64,000 nucleotides of DNA from Felis catus (GCF_018350175.1 NC_058368.1:29824001-29888000), one strand, 5' to 3'; shown: positions 36,506-49,396, counted from the stretch's first letter. Program-made: numbers and translations. The notes: generated from the letters alone by a model not told the origin.

Positions 36506-38499
36506 TAGGCAAAAAAGCTGAACTTACAGATACAGTGCAATGGTGGTTGCCGGGGGCTGGAGGGTGGGGAAAATGAGGAGATGTTGGTCAAAGGGTACAA
36601 ACTTTCGATGATAAATGACATAGCCTCACAATACCGTATTGTATACTTTACTAAAATGTGGCTACTAGAGGACGTGAAATTACATCACATCAGGGCTTAC
36701 GTTGCATTTCGCTGGGGTGGTACTACTCGAGCGTCTGCTGGCATGGGGGGTTTGTGATGCTATATAATTGTTCTTCTTCCTGATGATGTGGCTTCTTACC
36801 TCTGTTTAGATAGAAAGAAACTCCACAGATACTTGTGGCTTTCATGGTGGCCACCTAAGACAATTTTTACTGGTGACACTGCTAGGAATCATGTGGCAAG
36901 TGTCTGGGCTTCAGAGAAACGCCCGGAGCAATGATGTCAGGAGCTCTGAGAACTCCTGGCAGAATGTACCTCACAAGAGCTTAGCTTGCATGGTGAAAAG
37001 CTGGGGTTTAAAATAATGGTGCGAGGTTTCTTTTCAAGATCAGAATGTATAACCTGAGTTTTATTCACCGCCTTTCTCAAGCAGTTAAAGTTGAATAAAA
37101 ATCTTTCATCGTTCTGAATCATTAAAACACATCCCAAGAAAGGCCTAGAAACACAGTGGTAGACTCTAAATTAAGCAATAAGATATGCACTTTTAGTTTC
37201 CCTAATTACCTACCATTGAAAGTAGGTTGGAACTAAAATAAACATGCTGCCTTGAAATGAGAATTAATATGTGCCAGTGCTGCCGGGGAAAGCCCTATTA
37301 AACAATTGAATTTTGGAATATTTTGCTTTGTCAAAAAAACCCAAAGGCATTCTTCCCTTTGGAATTGAATCTTCATTTAGAGTTTTTTTTAATTACTTGT
37401 TCCATGTGTTTTACAAAGTGCCTTTATCAAGCTATTATGACATTTTGTTCATTATGTATCGAACCCTGTCACATCCTATGAAGGAAATAAGTGCCTTCTC
37501 TGTCGCTCCTTGAGAAGCCAAGTGTAAAGAATGCCAGGATTCCATGGGGGAAGGGTTGTCTTATTATGGAGCGTATTGTTGGGAGTTCTGGAAAAGGCAC
37601 CTCTTTGCCATTCCGCTAGGGACAGGTGAGGGGAGATGGGACAGGGGGAAGGGCAGAGTAGAGGAGGGCAGGGGGGAGATGGGGTGTGGGTGGGGGGTGA
37701 CACTGTGGGATTTGAATCCAGCCTTTCTGCTCAGCTCTGCTAGATCTATTGACCTTGGATCATGTATTTTTCAAATTAGGGGTGAATTGTAATCTCGTTT
37801 TCCAAGAAAACACATTCTCCACTTAGAGTAGGCCGCAGTAAAGCCTGATCTCATTATAAAAGGACGCTGTTAGAATCGGGTCAGAATCTCTTCTAGGGGC
37901 TGAGCATGAACGAACTGAAACAGAAAATAATCTCAGAGTCTTGAGCAGGTCTTCCTTTCTGTCCCCAACTGGGAGAAAAGGAGAGGAGAAAAGTAATTCT
38001 AGCACAATCCCAGAACCTATTATCAGGGCGGGAGCTGGGGAGGTGTTGATGTTAGGGCTGAAAGAAGACAGTTTAACTATCACCTTTTACAATGAAGGTT
38101 TAAAAAGACAATTTAAGTATCACCTTTTAGAATGAAAATGCTAAACAGTTTAGCCTAGGCTGTTATCAGGACCATAAGTGACATGTCTTTTTAGAGAGAT
38201 AAAAGAAAAACACCATTGCAGAATACTGGCCCTCAAAAATCAGGGGCCTTGAGTCCTCATTGTTCTGGATAGTCTAACTCCCCAAAAGGGAGTTTAAGGG
38301 AGTTTAAAGTTTACCCTTTCCCCTGGGTAGACCTTGGGGCTCTATGGCACAGTCAACTGGATGGCCCTGTGGCGTTCCCAGAATCCATCCTCCCGCTTCA
38401 AAGCTAGGATTTCTACTAAACAACTGTTGCATGATTGAGCCTTAAAAATCGCAGGAGGGGGGATTTCCTATTTTAGTTCTATGATGATTCAGGGGAATT

Positions 38500-38725
38500 A
38501 ACTACTATGTGCCAAGGGCTTTACATGTTATGCCTTTGAATGCTCACTACTGGAAGGTGGTATCTAGGTAAGGTGGGTATTATTATGTCCATCCCGGAAA
38601 TGAAGACACCGAGTGTCTGGGAGATGAAATAATGTGTCCAAAGTTAAACAGCCATTGAGCAGAAGAGTTGGGACTTATTTGCAGGTCTTTCTGACTCCAA
38701 AACCATGTTCTTTCCCACTATAGTA
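38500..38725 (-). mobile_element. MIR
   Basis: tactatgtgccaagggctttacatg...ggtattattatgtccat...aggtctttctgactccaaaaccatgttctt. Confidence 0.7.
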
Positions 38726-39414
38726 TGCTGTTCTTGTTAAGTTCTTTTCGATATCTAACTCGTATCTTTCCAGCTATAATTTAGGCTGAATATCTCAGTG
38801 CTTGGTGGAAATGGAGCCATTATTCTCAATTTTCCATTTGAAGCCTTCCATATGTTTGAAGATGGCTACCTCAGCTACCTCTTCCTTTTTTCTTATCTGT
38901 TGCACAAAGAGCTAAGGAGGAGTGGTGTTCGTGTCCCGAAAATAGCTTTGTTTCTTTTAATTGGCATTTAATGTGTATCCACATGGATGAGTCGTGCTTA
39001 TAGGAAACTGGCTGAATGTTCCATTTCATTCCTTGATTCATCCAAAGGATTTAATGTGGTGCAGACTGTATGCCATGTACTGGGCTGGATGCTGGACCTT
39101 CAAATAAGATCTGTGCCAGAGTATAAAAGGCATCACCTGCCTCTGTTGGAGCAGGATGGAGAGCATGACCTTGGGTTGGTGGTAGTAGAACTGAGCACTG
39201 AAGCATGAAGAAGAAACTTGCAGTTGGGGCTCTTGGGAGGCAGGACAGACAAAGGGCACCTCACGTGCAGACTCCTGAGAGCTGGCCACACTACTGTGTA
39301 GGGCAAGAGGAAGTGTTTTGGTTTGACTGGGATGCACAGGAAAAGGGCAGGGGATGATTCAGGGCAACTGTCAGGTCACAGTTTCTATTTCATGTTAAAG
39401 AGTTTATCCTTTGT

Positions 39415-39616
39415 GGAACGCCTGGGTGGCTCCGTCGGTTAAGCATCTGACTCTTGGTTTTAGCTTAGGTCATGATCTCACTGTTTGTGAGTTCGAGCCC
39501 GGTGTCAGGCTCTGCACTGCTCAGTATGGAGCCTGCTTGGGATTCTCTCTCTTTCCCTCTCTCTGCCTCTCCTGTTTTCTCTCTCCCAAAATAAAATAAA
39601 TAAACTTAAAAAAAAA
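39415..39616 (+). mobile_element. CanSINE with 18-bp TSD
   Basis: TSD aaagagtttatcctttgt (39397-39414) / aaagagttcatactttgt (39614-39631). Confidence 0.95.
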
Positions 39617-39631
39617 GAGTTCATACTTTGT

Positions 39632-40130
39632 AATTTTGAGAATTAAAAAAAAGGTATAAAGAATGCATTCATAGACACCCATATCCATATGCCTACCACC
39701 CAGAATTTAAAACTGTTAGCATTTAACCATGTTTCTTTCTAGTCTTTTAAAAAAGAAATAAAATACTACAGATATGTTAAAAGCTCCTTTAACTGACACC
39801 TTTTTCCTAATTGCTCTCTTTCCACTCCTTTCCCAAGGCAATGACCATTCATCTGGTATTTATCCTTTCAGATCGTTTAAAGCATATTCTACACACAGAA
39901 GTATCACACTCTAACACATCATTCTGCCATCTTGCTTTTTTCTCCCCTTGACTTTGTTTTTGAGCTCTATCCATGTTGATGGATCAAGTTCATTCATTTT
40001 AACTGTTGCATAGAATTCCATTTTATGAATGATACATTTTATTTATCTGTTTTCCTATGGATGGAGGTACTGGTTGTTTCCAGCTTTATGCTATTAAAGA
40101 TGACATTACAATCAGCCTCCTTACCCCTAT
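39632..40130 (-). mobile_element. L1ME-like fragment
   Basis: tatccatgttgat...ttcattcattttaactgttgcatagaattccatt...gatggaggtactggttgtttccagc. Confidence 0.7.
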
Positions 40131-42002
40131 TTCCCTAGGGAAGCAGTATCAGTTTTTCCTGATAGTGAATGAGCCATGTTGGAGAATGGGGGATTTATTA
40201 AGAAAGCAAGTAAGGAAACAAGAAGCAAAAACAGATCTCCAGACCTTTTCTCTGGAGATTCTCACTCACATGGTCTGGTAATTTTGGGGGGAATAACAAG
40301 TTTCCCAAGTGATTCTCTTCATTAGGGAAATTGTAAAATGGGTACAGCTATGTGGGTACTGAAAGACGTATGGGGCCATGTTGAGGTTTGTGTTCAGAAA
40401 TATTACTTGGTGACAGTGTGATCAATATTCTGAGCCTGAACTTCATTTGTAAGGCAGTCCTCTTTCAGGGATGCAAAGTGGAGCAAGACATGATCTTAAA
40501 GTCAAGTAGCTTGCCATCTAGCAGAGCATCTTACAGAAATGGCAAACGGGATGCAAAGCTTCGAGGCTTATTATCGACAGGCAAATTGTTTCCTGGTCCA
40601 GGACTGGCTGGTCAGTATAAGTGTCCATGTTCCTTGTGCTGTCTGCCCACGTGGAAGGTGATTCTTCATGTTTTCCATATCTTTGTTCTTCCACGTTCTT
40701 TTTCTGGGAAGAAAGTTGGAAGAGATATCTAAATGGGGTTTGATGTATATATTTCATATTTCCCCATTTTCCGTGAATGGAAAAAATCAAGATCTGTGAT
40801 CTTTTTAGAAATTTCCAACTCATCCAGCAGCAATAGAAATAATTCAGTTCTTAATAATTCAGCAATTCATTTTGGTATCGACACTTCTTTTGAAGCCCAA
40901 GGAAATGATATTTCTAACCCACTACCTGAGGGCAGACATTGGGTCTTATAATAATAGGAGTCTTAGAGGCCATTCATCCCAATTCCCTTGTTTTACCAAA
41001 GAGAATGCTAACATACTAAGAGTATAACAGGATTGTCTAAAGCCACTTGGAGGGTTAGTGGTAGAGCCATGACCGGAATGATGGTCTCCTGACTTCCTTG
41101 CCCTTGTTCTACAAATGTGTAGAAAATTTATAACCATCTATACCACCAGATGATCTGCTGTTTCTATAAATAAGTCCCACCCCTGCCCATTTTTTAGGAG
41201 ACAGTAGCTGGGGAATTCTGATGTCATTCTCTACTCTGAAAAGGCCCAGGTAGTGTTAAGCTACCCAAGGCAGCTTAACATCTGTACCACCCATACAGCT
41301 CTTCTGGTAGTCTGTGCTCGTTCCAGGACCAAGCACCCATTTCTCATGGCAGTCCTGCTTCCTGTGGCTAATGGAAGCTCAAGGTTCCTTTTGAAGTCAA
41401 TGGAGGAGCTCTGCTCTCAGATAAGCTTTGAGGGACTACAGAGAAGCAAACCCTGACCTGCCAAGGAGAAGGACTATTTTTAAGTTAGGGAAGGAGACAT
41501 TACTGTTGAGTGAAAGAATCCTTTTGAGCCTTTATTATAGCCTGTTAGAAGGGATTTCTTTTATGTTGAGTGTACTGATACAAATTCAGCGCCCAAGTCT
41601 AGAAATTTTATTCTCAGAGAGAAAAAGCTCTTTCAAATTTCTCTCTCCATTATTAGTCATATACCACCAGCCTCTCAGAAAAAGTAATACTCTGTGTAGT
41701 GACAGATTTTATATGATTTGGCATCAGAAGAACAGGGTTCAAGTCTCGGCTTTGCTACTCACTAGTGTGTGGTCACTATTAAGTCACTTCTCCCCCACAT
41801 CCAGCTCAGGCTCCTGAGTCTAAAATGGCAGTGGTTGGGACCTGCTTCTCAGGATTGTTCATTCATCCATTCATTTTTATTCATCCATTTATTTACCTGT
41901 GATATGGCGGGCACTGAGCTAGCTGCTAGGAATGCAAAGTGAGGCGTGTTCCCTGCCCTCAAAGAGCTTATAGTCCAGTGAGGTAGACAAGTCATCACAT
42001 TT

Positions 42003-42893
42003 AAAAAGTTTTTATTTAAATTCCAGTTAAAGTTTTTATTTAAATTCCACTTAGTTACCACAGAGTATAATATTAGCTTCGGGAGTACAACATGGTGATC
42101 CAACACTTCCGGACATTTCCTGGTGCTCATCACAAGCGTACTCCTTAGTCCTCATCACCTATTTAACCCCTCCTCCCCGCCTCTCTTCTGGTAACCATTG
42201 GTATGTTCTCTATAGTTAAGAGTCTGTTTCTTGGTTTGCCTCTCTTTCTCTCTTTTTTTCTCCTTTGCTCATTTGTTTTGTTCCTTAAATCCCACATGTG
42301 AGTGAAATCACATGGTATATGTCTTTCTCTGACTGACTGATTTCACTTAGCTTAACCTCTCTAGCTCCATCCATGTTGTTGCAAATGGCAAGCTTTCATT
42401 CTTTGTATGGCTGAGTAATATTCAATTATATAAAAATACCACACCTTCCTTAGCCATTCAACAGTTGATGGACACCTGGGCTGTTTCCATAATTTGACTA
42501 TTATAAATAATGCTGCTATAAACATTGGGGTGCATGTATCCCTTTGAATTAGTGTTCCAGTGTTCTTTGGGTAAATACTTAGGAGTGCTATTGCCAGATC
42601 ATAGGGTAGTTCTATTTTTAATTTTTTGAGGAACCTCCCTACTGTTTTCCACAGTGGTTACACCAGTTTGCATTCCCACCAAACCCACCAGCAGTGCAGG
42701 AGTATTCCTTTTTTTCCACATTCCCGCCAACACCCATTGTTTCTTGTGTTGTTGATTTTAACCATTCTGACAGGTGTCAGGTGATATCTCATTATAGTTT
42801 TGACTTGCATTTCCCTGATAATAAGTGATGTTGAGCATTTTTTCATGTGTCTGTTGACCACTTGTATGTCTTCTCTGGAAAATGTCTATTCAT
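42003..42893 (-). mobile_element. 5'-truncated carnivore L1 (L1_Carn-like) with 16-bp TSD
   Basis: Peptide [34 protein letters not shown]...[16 protein letters not shown] (ORF2 cysteine-rich region). TSD gacaagtcatcacatt (41986-42001) / gacaaatcctcacatt (42894-42909). Confidence 0.93.
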
Positions 42894-43326
42894 GACAAAT
42901 CCTCACATTAATGAATATGTGATTCCAAACTGATTGCATGCCCTAAAGGATCAAGACCGTGGCTCTATGAGAGATTATAATGAGGGAAATGATCTAGATG
43001 GAAGGGTGGAGTTGGAAAATGGTTTAGGGAAGAGGAAAAGAAATTTGAGCTTGCATTAGAAATACATCCCAGTTAAGAGTGGGATTAGTGTGTTCCTGAC
43101 AGAAGAAACAGCATGTGCAAAGACCCTGGGATGGGAGGTATATAGTGTGTTTCAGTCACAGGACGGAACCAAATGCTAAAGTTATTAGAGCTAAGAGTAA
43201 CAGGAGCGTGGTATGAAGGGAAGCTAGAAAAGCAGGCAGGACCCAGACTGGGCAGAGATTTGTGGGCCATAGCAAGGATTTTGACGCTTATCCCAATAGA
43301 AATGGGAGATGACAAAAGATTTTAAA

Positions 43327-43330
<4 letters not shown>

Positions 43331-43362
<32 letters not shown>

Positions 43363-43415
43363 GTATGTCTATGTGTGCACGAGTGTGTGTATGTGTATGT
43401 TGTGTGCATGTGTGT
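43331..43415. repeat. (TG)n microsatellite with degenerate extension
   Basis: Pure TG at 43331-43360, then imperfect TG/TA. Confidence 0.9.
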
Positions 43416-43744
43416 ATAGGTCAGGCCTACAAATGAGTATGAATTGGAGGGGAGTCAGAGGGGATGTGGAGAGAACAGTTGCGGCACAACAATAGTAAAG
43501 GCAGGACATGGGAGAATTTTGGATTGTTGGTAGCGAGGAGGCTGAGGACTAGGTACACTTTTGATCTCTCATGTGTCATTTTGGAGGTGAAACTGGCTGA
43601 ACTGGGAGGTCGGTTGGGTAGAGGAGGTGATGGAGAGCACCACTTCCATGGTTTCTGATTAGTAGCATGGGATGGATGATGGGGGCATGGGAGAACTAAG
43701 GAGGAGAGCCCAGTTTCTTTGTTGTTGCTGCTGTTAAAAAAATG

Positions 43745-44006
43745 TTTTTTAATATATATGTATATATGTATATATATATGTATGTATGTGTGTATGTATT
43801 TATTTATTAATATTTTTTTTTTGAGAGAGAGAGACAGAGCACAAGTGGGGGAGGGGCAGAGAGAGAGGGAGACACAGAATCTGAGGCAGGCCCCAGGCTC
43901 TGAGCTGTCAGCACAGAGCCCGACGTGGGGCTCGAACCCATGAGCTATGAGATCATGACCTGAGCTGAAGTTGGACACTTAACCAACTGAGCCACCCAGG
44001 CGCCCC
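43745..44006 (-). mobile_element. CanSINE with TA/TATG microsatellite tail
   Basis: Full body ending gagccacccaggcgcccc at 44006. Confidence 0.95.
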
Positions 44007-44180
44007 TATGTTTATTGATTTTTGAGGAGAGAGGACAGGAGTGGAGGAGGGGCAGAGAGAGAAACAGGATCTGAAGCAGGCTCCAGGTTCTGAGCTGTCA
44101 GTACAGAGCCCAACATGGGGCTCAAACTCATGAACCACGAGATCATGACCTGAGCCAAAGTCAGATACTTAAGGCTCCCC
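44007..44180 (-). mobile_element. CanSINE with head deletion, in tandem with the preceding copy
   Basis: Body intact to gtcagatacttaa, then jumps to ggctcccc, so the A-box region is lost. Confidence 0.9.
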
Positions 44181-45029
44181 AGTGTTTTGGGGGGAGAAGA
44201 TCATAAGTTCAGCTTTAGACATGTTGAATTTAAGAACTTTGGAGACATCTAAGAGGCAGTGTTGAGGAGGCATGTGGGAGTGTGAATCTGAAGCTTGGAA
44301 GAGAGAGCTCACCTGGAGACATGGGTTTAAGAGTTAAGAGATGGCTAATGAATTCACAGGTGCAGATGTGACTGCTTGAGAAGAAAGTGTGGCTTGAGGA
44401 GTGACCAGAGTCAGGAAGAAAGACAGGACAACATTGTTGCATAGAATCCAGGAAATGACAGTGTTTCAAAAAAGAAGGGTGTGGTTACAGGGTCAAATGC
44501 TGCTGACAGGTGATATAGGATGAGGACGAAATGTATCTTTTAGATGTAACGGTGGTGATAGTTAACATTACTGGGAATTACTCTAAAACCTTTATGTGTA
44601 ACCCATCCCTGTTTTCCAGATAAGGAAACTGAGCACAGAGAGCTTATATAACTTGTCTAAATTCATACGGTAAGTAATTTGAATGAGGGACTATGACACC
44701 AGATCCCATCTCCTCAACCACTGCCATATACTTCTCCCTCCTAGTTATGTAGAGATCATTGCTGACTTTCTTGAGAACTGTTTAGGTACATGAATTGGGG
44801 AGATACCAGACAGGAGCTGGTACCGTCCGAGGGGTATCTGTAATCTCGGGTCTTTGGTCTTCTGCTTTTTGCTGAAATTCCCTTTGAATTGAGATCCTTC
44901 CAGGTCTGCTAGCTCATATATAATGGCTTCAACATTTTCTCCCATGTAGGAAAATATTTGGTTGTGTCCTGAGCCTTGTTAAGACACAAGGGGACTTTGT
45001 AAGGCATATTTAGCCATCCCATAGATATG

Positions 45030-45153
45030 ATGACCATATGTTCCAATTTGCTTGTGACTGTCTCAGTTTATGCTTATCCTGACATAATCATGAATAGCTT
45101 TTCCTTTCACTCTCAAGAGTATCCCAGTTTGGATGTCAAATTATACGGTCTCC
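45030..45153 (+). mobile_element. MER94-like hAT MITE
   Basis: tgaccatatgttccaatttgc...cctttcactctcaagagtatcccagtttggatgtcaaattatacggtc. A similar remnant lies at about 28070-28160. Confidence 0.65.
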
Positions 45154-45511
45154 TGTGATGGTCAATTTTATGTGTCCAGTTGGCTAGTCTAGAGTCCCCA
45201 GTTATTTAATCAAACACTAATATAGGTGTTGTTATGAAGGTATTTTGTAGATGTGAATAAAGTCTATGATCAGTTTACCTTAACTAGAGAAGATTATTCC
45301 TGATAATCAGGGTGGGCCTGATTCAATCAGTTGAAAGACCTTAAGGGACAGAGTTCAGGTTTCTCTGAAGAAAAAATTCTGCCTATGGACAGGAGCATCA
45401 GCTCCTGCCTGAGAGTTCCAGCCTATCCTTCCTGATAGCTTGCATTATGGACTTCAGACTTTCCTAGCCAGCCCCTACAATCACATAAGCTAATTTCTTG
45501 CAATAAATCTC

Positions 45512-45567
<56 letters not shown>

Positions 45568-45607
45568 CTACTACTTCTGTTTCTCTGGTGGAATCCTGAC
45601 TGGTATA
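45154..45607 (+). mobile_element. MLT2 (ERVL) solo LTR containing (TA)n at 45516-45563
   Basis: tgtgatggtcaattttatgtgtc...ggtgggcctgattcaatcagttgaaagacc...aataaatctc...ttctgtttctctggtggaatcctgactggtata. 5-bp TSD tctcc/tctct. Confidence 0.88.
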
Positions 45608-47421
45608 TCTCTCTGCCCATAGAACCATCTCTGCCTATGTCACAGTGTCCCAGGGAATTGGGGTGAAGTAGGGTTGCCATCTTTCAGGGACCTAGACTGG
45701 AGGCAGGGCATGTTTGGGAGTTGTGGGGGACTTTTGGTTGTTACAATGATTAGGGACACTGTTGAGACAGTGCCCAGATGCTAGGATGCTAACTGCTACA
45801 GAAGCTCTATATGGCAGAGAGCTGTTTTCTAAAATGTGGCTCATAATGCTTCATTTAGAAACCCTGGGGCTTTTGCAAATTGGGAATCATAAAAAGAGAG
45901 GGTGTCAAGGGAATTAAGGAGTCTGGTAGAGACATGATGGGGCATGTTCCTAGGTGGATTAGGAAGGAAGTGAAGAAAGGAAGGCACTCATAGGGCTCAA
46001 TGAACTGGAGGTCATAATGAGGTTGAAAAAGGACTGTGGAAGGAGTCAGTGAATAGTGGGTTGGATGGAGAAGAAATTGTCATCTTGGGTGACAATTGTA
46101 GGATGCTGGAATCAGTGGTTTTAAAGGTGAGGTGGTTTTACCTTCATATGAAGGTGAAGGCAGATGTCAAAATGTACGTGGAATCATGGAGATGGTGGCA
46201 GAGGTGAGCATAAGGTCAAGATGACAGGTGGGTGATCCACAGAGATATTTTGATGGGGGAGATGGCCTGTCCAAAGTTGTGAGGAGCAAATAGAATGATG
46301 GACTGGGAAATTCTCTGTGAACTCTCAGTGGACTTACTGGGATTATAGAGCCTCTAGCAGGAGGGGCTTGTCTCTTGGCCCTACATGTTATCCAGGGCTT
46401 CTGTTTGCCTGGGGAAAGCCAAAGCAGATTCTTATGTCCTTCATTCTAAGTAGAGGGGAAGTGGGCTGCTGGAGTGTGGCCTTTACCTGTTCTGTGGCTC
46501 CTCTTTCCACATCCTAAAGTTCAACAGGTGTTGCGTGACCTGACTGTCACTCACAGGGTCATGTGACATGATACAGGGAGGATTTCTCGCATCCAAAGCA
46601 ATAAAGGAAACTGAGAATCAGGGAACAAAAATGGCACATCTTAGATTTGTGTGTGCATCCAAGAGTAAGCTTAGGTTAAAACCGCTTAGCATGTGTTTAT
46701 AAGACCAAAGCCATGGAAGGATCTGAAGCAGAAATTCTGGATGCTCACCCACAACTAGAGTAATTCTAGTGTGATTTCTATCTTTGTAACTATGTGGGTT
46801 TGGTGCCTGACCCAGAACTTGTCTCTCTCTGGAGGAAGGGAAGCACAAAGACCCACTGGCCACAGGGTGGTACATGTTGCATGAAGTTATGGAGACACCA
46901 TGGGTGGGTGTGGACGTGATCAACCTTGGCAATAAAACATACTGACCCTCTATTGAGTACGGAGGTTGTTCTGACTCTGTTATAGCAGAAGGATCCTTTT
47001 ACTTAGAACACAAAGCAACGTATTGTTTATGTCCCTTTCTGCATTTGTTCTCCTGCTAAGCTCTGAACTTTGTGTGTCTAACTAGAGCACTGTTCCTGAC
47101 CCAGACTGTTGGCTTTCGAACAGGGGTCCTTGGAGCAACAATTACTTTGGTGTAATTTATGAACCCAATGTAGAGAGTCTAAACACAATTATGATAAAGT
47201 TCTCTTCGTGACAACTGAAGGCCATCAGGATGGTAACTTCACTTCTCAGCCAGGAAGCTAGGTGCAGAGAAGGCAGGTGACTATAATGAGATCGCATGGT
47301 AAATCAGTGGCAAGGACTGGCTCTGAAGTTGCAGTTGTACAATGATGGCATTTGAGGGCATACTATAAGCCAGGGGCTTTGCATGGTTTATTTGAACTAT
47401 TCTTTATAACTATGTTATTGT

Positions 47422-47536
47422 CATGATCACCATCAGCATCACCGCCATTACTATCCCCACCATCATCATCACCATCACGACCACTACCACCACCATCATC
47501 ATCATCACCATCATCACCACCACAATTTATCATCAT
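47422..47536. repeat. (CAT/CAC)n trinucleotide low-complexity repeat within a MIR remnant
   Basis: catcaccatcagcatcacc...catcatcatc...; MIR-like sequence resumes at about 47540-47680. Confidence 0.85.
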
Positions 47537-48934
47537 TCCAATCTGCAAATTATAGGTCAAGAAGCAGATGTACAAAAACGTGAAAATATCTTTTTTCCAA
47601 GTTAGCTGACAGATGGACAAATGATGGGATTTGAACCCAAGCCATCTATCTGTCTCCATAATAGGTACACTAAACTCTTGCACTATCCTGCTTTGTCCTG
47701 CCTCCTTGCACCAATTCAGTGCCAATCCATAGGAGGCTACCTCTGCCAGGTACTATGTTGGATGAAAGTTATGAAGTTCTATAAGGTAGCAGAGAAAGTG
47801 ACAGAAATTGATGGGCCACGCACATAGGAATAATGCGAAGTTACTTTCCAGGTTATTACATAGCAGCCATGCTCTGTTACTGCATGTGAGCATCTCTCAA
47901 ATGAATGGTGAGGTTATATCAAGCGGTAGTCTGACATGGCTAGTCTGTTGGGTCCCACAAAATTAAGTTGGTCCTCTTCTGGGTAGGCATGGTCTTATGA
48001 AATCATTCTTGACATCTCCTAATTTGCAAAGAGATTCTTAGTCAGGAACCAAACCATGAAGATGGAGAGAACGCAACCCTCTGTTTTGTCCAGACTCTGA
48101 AGAATGACCATGTCTAGGATAATGCCCTGCATGGTGGATATTGAAGATGGTGGCTGTTATGCTAAGGTGAGGGAGAGACAGGAAGGAGGCGAGTGTGTTG
48201 GTGCTCTGTTAACTGAAAAGGAGTAGGTGGTATTTTGCAAGAGAGATGACCTAGATTTTCGGTTTGGTTTGTGCTTTTCCACTTTGTTACCCCCCAGTCA
48301 TTAGGAAAGACTTTTGACTGTTCCAGCCCAGAGCCATGTATAAAGAAGAGGTGCTTCCATGTATAAAGAAGAGGTGACTTGTGAACATTTGCATCAGTTA
48401 TAAAGTGGGAGCTGCACTGTGCATCCTGCATGAAATCTTCCTGGAAAGTCCAGAGAGAGGTGTAATTTCCTAACAGAGTCCCAATGTTCCCATAAGCTCT
48501 GTCTTCAGAAGAGTCACCTTTAGATTCACACCTGGAGGGTTGGAGTTTTGTCTTTTATATGTCAGTGATAGTGGTATCATTTCCTTCATTCTCCAGGCTA
48601 AATTCTGCACCTCCCACGGCCTGGCAAATTGTTCTTTTGAAGGAGTGAGCTACCCTGCAGCTGCAAGGGCAGACTTTTCTGCTCTGAATTCTACCATCAT
48701 TAACAAAATCCTGTAGATGCCCACCAAACTCACAGCTCTCCATCACTGTTGCCATCAGAGAGCTTTTCTGCAGAGAGAGATTTTTAAAATGTAATTACTT
48801 TCCTATATAATTTCATAACCACACTGAAACATTGCAGCAGAAAAAAAGTCTACCCACAATCCTGCTACCCCAGCAAATCAAACTATTTTCATGTTTTTAT
48901 GTCATAATAATCATAGGGAAGGTACAGTTTGGAG

Positions 48935-48937
<3 letters not shown>

Positions 48938-48970
<33 letters not shown>
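48938..48970. repeat. (TG)n microsatellite
   Basis: Pure TG run. Confidence 0.95.
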
Positions 48971-48971
<1 letters not shown>

Positions 48972-49195
48972 TACTATAGGACAATGTGCTCCAGATTTTT
49001 TGTAACACTCTTGCTTTCATTTATTTCTGATTTTTTTTAAAAAGGCAAATCATTATATGCATAACAAAATGTGATTTAGTTGTATACCTTTGTAAGATGG
49101 TAGGAATAAATTCATGCATGAGGAAGAAATTGTCACACTGTTCTAGTTTCTTATTCATTTCCCCCATATTTTGACATTGCTTTCATATTGATAAT

Positions 49196-49396
49196 GCAAT
49201 GTTTCTCAACTGGGAGGTGATATTTGGCCATATCTGGAGATATTTCTGGCTGTCACAACTAGGGTACAGGACTACCAGCATCTAGTGGGTATGAGGTCAA
49301 GGATGCTGCTAGCCATCCTACAGTACACAGGACAGCCCCTACTACAAAGAATTTTCTGGCTCCAAATGTCAATAGTGCTGAGGTAGAGAAACTCTG
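49196..49396 (+). mobile_element. MER20 hAT-Charlie MITE
   Basis: caatgtttctcaactggg...ctggagatatttctggctgtcacaact...gcatctagtggg...ggatgctgcta...ccaaatgtcaatagtgctgaggtagagaaactctg. Confidence 0.88.

Larger units (their letters stand above)
35748..36650 (+). mobile_element. L1MA-like 3' fragment interrupted by two CanSINEs
   Basis: ttattcacaatagccaagata...tggatgaacctggagggcattatgctaagtaaaataagccagacagagaaag...gagatgttggtcaaagggtacaaact. Confidence 0.9.
41855..44550 (-). mobile_element. Fragmented L2, interrupted by an L1, a (TG)n tract and two SINEs
   Basis: L2 3' end (ttcattcatccattcatt...ccctgccctcaaagagcttatagtccagtg) and internal L2 motifs (acagcatgtgcaaagaccctgg; ttagacatgttgaatttaag; gggtcaaatgctgctga). 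Confidence 0.7.

Noticed and set aside
43427..43978. 183-aa ORF and other ORFs containing FEPHVGLCADSSEPGAC
   Set aside because: Translations of CanSINE and microsatellite sequence.
47363..47725. Asp/Gly-rich and Thr/Ile-rich ORFs
   Set aside because: Translation of a (CAT/CAC)n microsatellite within a MIR.
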